Assembly: GCA_965227515.1 (NCBI GenBank)
Contig: CBDDFZ010000001.1
Span: 3,936,001-4,000,000 of the forward strand
DNA length: 64,000 nt
Source of the DNA: Alphaproteobacteria bacterium
GTDB taxonomy: Bacteria; Pseudomonadota; Alphaproteobacteria; CALKHQ01
Reading direction: 5' to 3'
The translations under genes and the position numbers were made by a program. The notes beneath the pieces are model-generated. The model saw nothing but the letters and a program-made list of their open reading frames with translations, was not told where the DNA came from and did no database searches. Positions within the stretch are counted from its first letter, which is position 1, and each line of letters begins with the position of its first letter. Positions 60,979-64,000 of this stretch are shown in pieces.

Positions 60979-63051
60979 CTAGTTGATCTTGATGATGCCG
61001 CCCTTCAGCGCCAGCACCCCGCTGCCCTGCACGGTCGCCATGGCGCCCTCCAGGGTAGCGGCCCCGGTGGCCGAGGCCTTGACCAGCGTGCCGTTGATGG
61101 TGACGCCGGACATGTCGATCTTCACGCTGTTGGAGCCGACCTTGAGCTCGATGCCCTGCATCGCCTCCATGGTGATCTTACCCGCCGACGCCTTGATGGT
61201 GATGTTACCGGTGTTGGCCGTCAGCGTGTCGTCGCCTGACGATACCGTGACCTTGCGGTCGCCGGAACTGACCGTCAGCGCGTGGTCGCCGGTGACGTCA
61301 TAGGTCGCATCGCCCTGTATCGTCTCGGAGGAGTCGCCCTGCACGGTGTCGCTGCGGTCGCCCTCGATGGTGACCGTCTCGTCGGCTTTCACCGTCTCGG
61401 TGCGGTTGTTCTCGATCGTGATGGTCTCGTCGTTCTTGACGGTCTCGGTGCGGTCATTCTCGATCGTGATGGTCTGATCGTTGCCGACATCCAGGGTGTC
61501 GTCGTTCTCGACCTCGCGCTTGAAGTCCTTCTCGGCGTGGAAGAAGATTTCCTCCGAGCCCTTCTTGTCCTCGAACCTGAGCTCGTTCGCCGTGTCGGTC
61601 GAGCCTCCGGTCGAACTGCGGGTCAGGATGCCGGACTGGGTCTTGTTGCTGTCCAGCGTGTAGGGCGTGCCGTTGTCGCCATTGTAGACGGTGCCGACCA
61701 CCAGCGGCCGGTCGGGGTCGCCGTCCAGGAACTCGACCACCACTTCCATGCCGACCCGCGGCGTGAAGATGGTGCCCCAGTTCTTGCCCGACCACATCTG
61801 CGCCACCCTGACCCAGCACGACGAGTTTTCGTCGGACTTGCCGTAACGGTCCCAGTGGAACTGCACTTTGACGCGGCCGTACTTGTCGCAGTAGATCTCC
61901 TGGCCCGACTGGCCGACGACAATGGCGGTCTGCGGCCCATGCACCATAGGCTTCGGCGTTTCGCGCGCCGGCCGGAACACCGTGTCGGCGGGCACGCAGC
62001 TGAACGAGTTGGAGTAGCTCTCGCCCCCCGCCATGCCGCTGACCAGGGTGCCGCCGCTCGCGCTGTGGCTGACCGAGGTCAGCACGAACTGGTTGTTCGA
62101 GGCCCCGGTCACCGGCTCGTTCTTCAGGGTAAACTTGCCGCCCGGATAGAACGAGGCCAGGTCGCCGTCGCCGTCGATGATCTCGTAGCGGCCCTCCAGC
62201 TCGGTCATCCTGACCTTCGTCAGCATGGTGCCGTTCGATTTCTGCACGTATCCGCCGGGATAGTGGAAGCGCTCGTAGCTGCTGAACGCACTGACGTCGA
62301 CGGAGGTGTCGGACTCCGCTTCCAGGCTCTTCACATTGCCGGGATTCTCGAAATCGAAGTCCCGCTGCACCCACTTGCCGGACTGGAACTCATAGCGCGG
62401 CCGCCAGTTGTTGACCGCACGGGAAAGCATCGTGTCGGTATTGTAGGTGACCTCTTCCTCGTCGACGTCGCCATAGCCGGACACGTGGTCCGACAGCACC
62501 ATGGTGTGCTCGCCGTCCTTGTGCTCGAAGTAGTAGTAGATGCCCTCTTCCTGCATCAGGCGCTGGGTGAAATCCAGGCAGGACTCACCGTACTGAACGC
62601 AGTACTCACGCTCGGCGTGGGTCTCGTTCATGGCGCCCTTGCGGTAGGCCGTGAAGCTGCAGGCCTTGAACACATCCTCGATGATGGCGACCGCAGTCTT
62701 GCTTTGAAAAATCTTGAAGTCGACGGTCTGCGACAACAGCCAGAATTCCGGCACGATCTCGGCCGAGTAGCTGCGCAGGTCGCGGGTCGCCATTGGGCCG
62801 ACCGAAAACCGCCGCACGATGCCGTTGATATACCGAGGATCGCTGGACGGCCGCTTGATTGTGACGGTGACCGACTTGCCCAGGATATCGCTGGGCTTGA
62901 GGCTGCCGTCCTGCGACAGAAGGTCGAGCCGGAATTCGAACGGGCGCGACATGCGCTCGACGCCGTTCAGGCCGGAGATCAGCAGTACATCCTGGCCAAG
63001 CGGAGTGTCTACCGACAGCCAGCGATCGCCCTGCTCGATGGTTTCACTCAA
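60979..63051 (-). CDS. vgrG: T6SS spike VgrG
   Basis: REYCVQYGES, EEGIYYYF, GPQTAIVVG, GRVKVQFHWD, PRVGMEV, NELRFEDKKG; gp5 repeats; no toxin extension. Confidence 0.96.
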   Translation of the reverse strand: MSETIEQGDRWLSVDTPLGQDVLLISGLNGVERMSRPFEFRLDLLSQDGSLKPSDILGKSVTVTIKRPSSDPRYINGIVRRFSVGPMATRDLRSYSAEIVPEFWLLSQTVDFKIFQSKTAVAIIEDVFKACSFTAYRKGAMNETHAEREYCVQYGESCLDFTQRLMQEEGIYYYFEHKDGEHTMVLSDHVSGYGDVDEEEVTYNTDTMLSRAVNNWRPRYEFQSGKWVQRDFDFENPGNVKSLEAESDTSVDVSAFSSYERFHYPGGYVQKSNGTMLTKVRMTELEGRYEIIDGDGDLASFYPGGKFTLKNEPVTGASNNQFVLTSVSHSASGGTLVSGMAGGESYSNSFSCVPADTVFRPARETPKPMVHGPQTAIVVGQSGQEIYCDKYGRVKVQFHWDRYGKSDENSSCWVRVAQMWSGKNWGTIFTPRVGMEVVVEFLDGDPDRPLVVGTVYNGDNGTPYTLDSNKTQSGILTRSSTGGSTDTANELRFEDKKGSEEIFFHAEKDFKREVENDDTLDVGNDQTITIENDRTETVKNDETITIENNRTETVKADETVTIEGDRSDTVQGDSSETIQGDATYDVTGDHALTVSSGDRKVTVSSGDDTLTANTGNITIKASAGKITMEAMQGIELKVGSNSVKIDMSGVTINGTLVKASATGAATLEGAMATVQGSGVLALKGGIIKIN

Positions 63052-63134
63052 TCAGCCGACTCCCGATCAGGGATATGTCCATTTGCGTCGTGCCGTGCGC
63101 ACAGCGGCGCCACACGACGATCGGCACAAAAACA

Positions 63135-63166
63135 TTGGGCCTGCGAGGATTCCTGCGCAGGCCCAA
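63135..63166 (-). terminator. Hairpin/intrinsic terminator between hcp and vgrG
   Basis: 11-bp stem TTGGGCCTGCG/CGCAGGCCCAA followed by TGTTTTT on the minus strand. Confidence 0.7.
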
Positions 63167-63203
63167 CGGTTTTCGGGTCGGGCAGCGCCCGCAACGGTAT
63201 GCG

Positions 63204-63683
63204 TTAGACCGACTTGCCAGTCGAAATGTCAAAGCCCTTGGTCTTCGGATCGCCCAGCGTACCGTCCACCTTGCGCTCGGTATTGGTAATGCTGATCTTG
63301 GTGAAGTTCAGGCTGATCGACTCAGAGGGCTGGTCGCCGCCCGAGGACGCTGAATAGCCGCTGATCAGCACGTTCTCCAGCGTAATCACCAGGTACTTCT
63401 CGCCCGGGTCGCCGGTCTGGATGAACGTGAATTCCGCCTTCATGCCGGCTTCCTTGCCGACGCAGGCCGACGCGAACAGCTCGGTCGAGCAGTTGTCCAG
63501 CGACTTGGTGAAGGTCACTTCACTGACGCTGGCATTGGATGACTCACGGCTCAGGGCGGAACCGGTCGGCGTCATGATCGATCGGCCGACGCCGAACTGA
63601 ATGCTGTTGCACTCAATTTGCTTCTCATAACCCGACGTGGTGACGTTTCCCTCGTACTTGCCCAGCTTCAAATAGATTGGCAT
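63204..63683 (-). CDS. hcp: T6SS tube protein Hcp
   Basis: IYLK, SEVTFTK, YLVITLENVLISGYS, PSESISLNFTKI. Confidence 0.95.
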   Translation of the reverse strand: MPIYLKLGKYEGNVTTSGYEKQIECNSIQFGVGRSIMTPTGSALSRESSNASVSEVTFTKSLDNCSTELFASACVGKEAGMKAEFTFIQTGDPGEKYLVITLENVLISGYSASSGGDQPSESISLNFTKISITNTERKVDGTLGDPKTKGFDISTGKSV

Positions 63684-64000
63684 CGTTCCGACTCCCGGTT
63701 CCGTTGGCTATAGGCGGGGGACCAGCGCAACAGCTCCCCAGATGCGAGGCGACTGTAGCATTGGCATTTGGATTTCCTCAAGGCGATTTGCCCTGCGAGC
63801 ACCTTAGACTGTGATAACTTAATACAGGGTTGGCGACACGACAGTGACGCCTGTCACGGCGTGAATACAACATTGTCTGCATCGGCGCACTGGAGCATCG
63901 GGATAGCTTGCTTACCCCCGTTCGGGGTAGTGGCCCGCCGGCTGCGGGCCGCGAGAAGATTCATACCACGGTGAACTGGGCGTCCGAGGCGTCGTGTGCC

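Noticed and set aside
61300-61500. Tandem DNA repeats in vgrG
   Set aside because: Ordinary gp5 beta-helix repeats (ETITIENNRT).
63684-64000. ORF or ncRNA upstream of hcp
   Set aside because: Looks like a promoter region; no supported gene or RNA family, and it is truncated by the window edge.

Overview
GC-rich (visually about 65-70%) bacterial chromosome segment, most consistent with an alphaproteobacterium. It has about 55 genes and no rRNA, tRNA, CRISPR array or transposase that I can support. From left to right: (i) miscellaneous metabolic genes (allA fragment, MgtC, ThrC-like, SlcC-like dehydrogenase, MFS, GNAT, ThDP enzyme, Fpg/Nei); (ii) a methylcitrate locus prpR<-/prpDBCE; (iii) a DSF-type quorum-sensing cluster (rpfF, rpfC, and a REC-PAS-histidine kinase in the slot normally held by RpfG); (iv) a sugar/sugar-acid catabolic operon with an ABC transporter and an apionate-lactonase-like gene, interrupted by REP repeats and two paralogous secreted unknown proteins that share a promoter motif; (v) an orphan GTP-derived-metabolite cluster (MDR dehydrogenase, QueD/PTPS-like, glycosyltransferase, methyltransferase, RibD reductase, RibA); (vi) opgC/opgH; (vii) one arm of a type VI secretion locus (hcp, vgrG, DUF6931-like, tagH, tssJKLM, tagF, PP2C, haem-c/HAMP sensor, soluble Ser/Thr kinase, DUF4280, clpV). 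Best candidates for new biology: the apparently split haem-c receptor + soluble kinase in the T6SS phosphorylation module, the rewired DSF phosphorelay, and the orphan QueD/RibA/RibD pathway. All family assignments come from motif recognition by eye; no database search was run.
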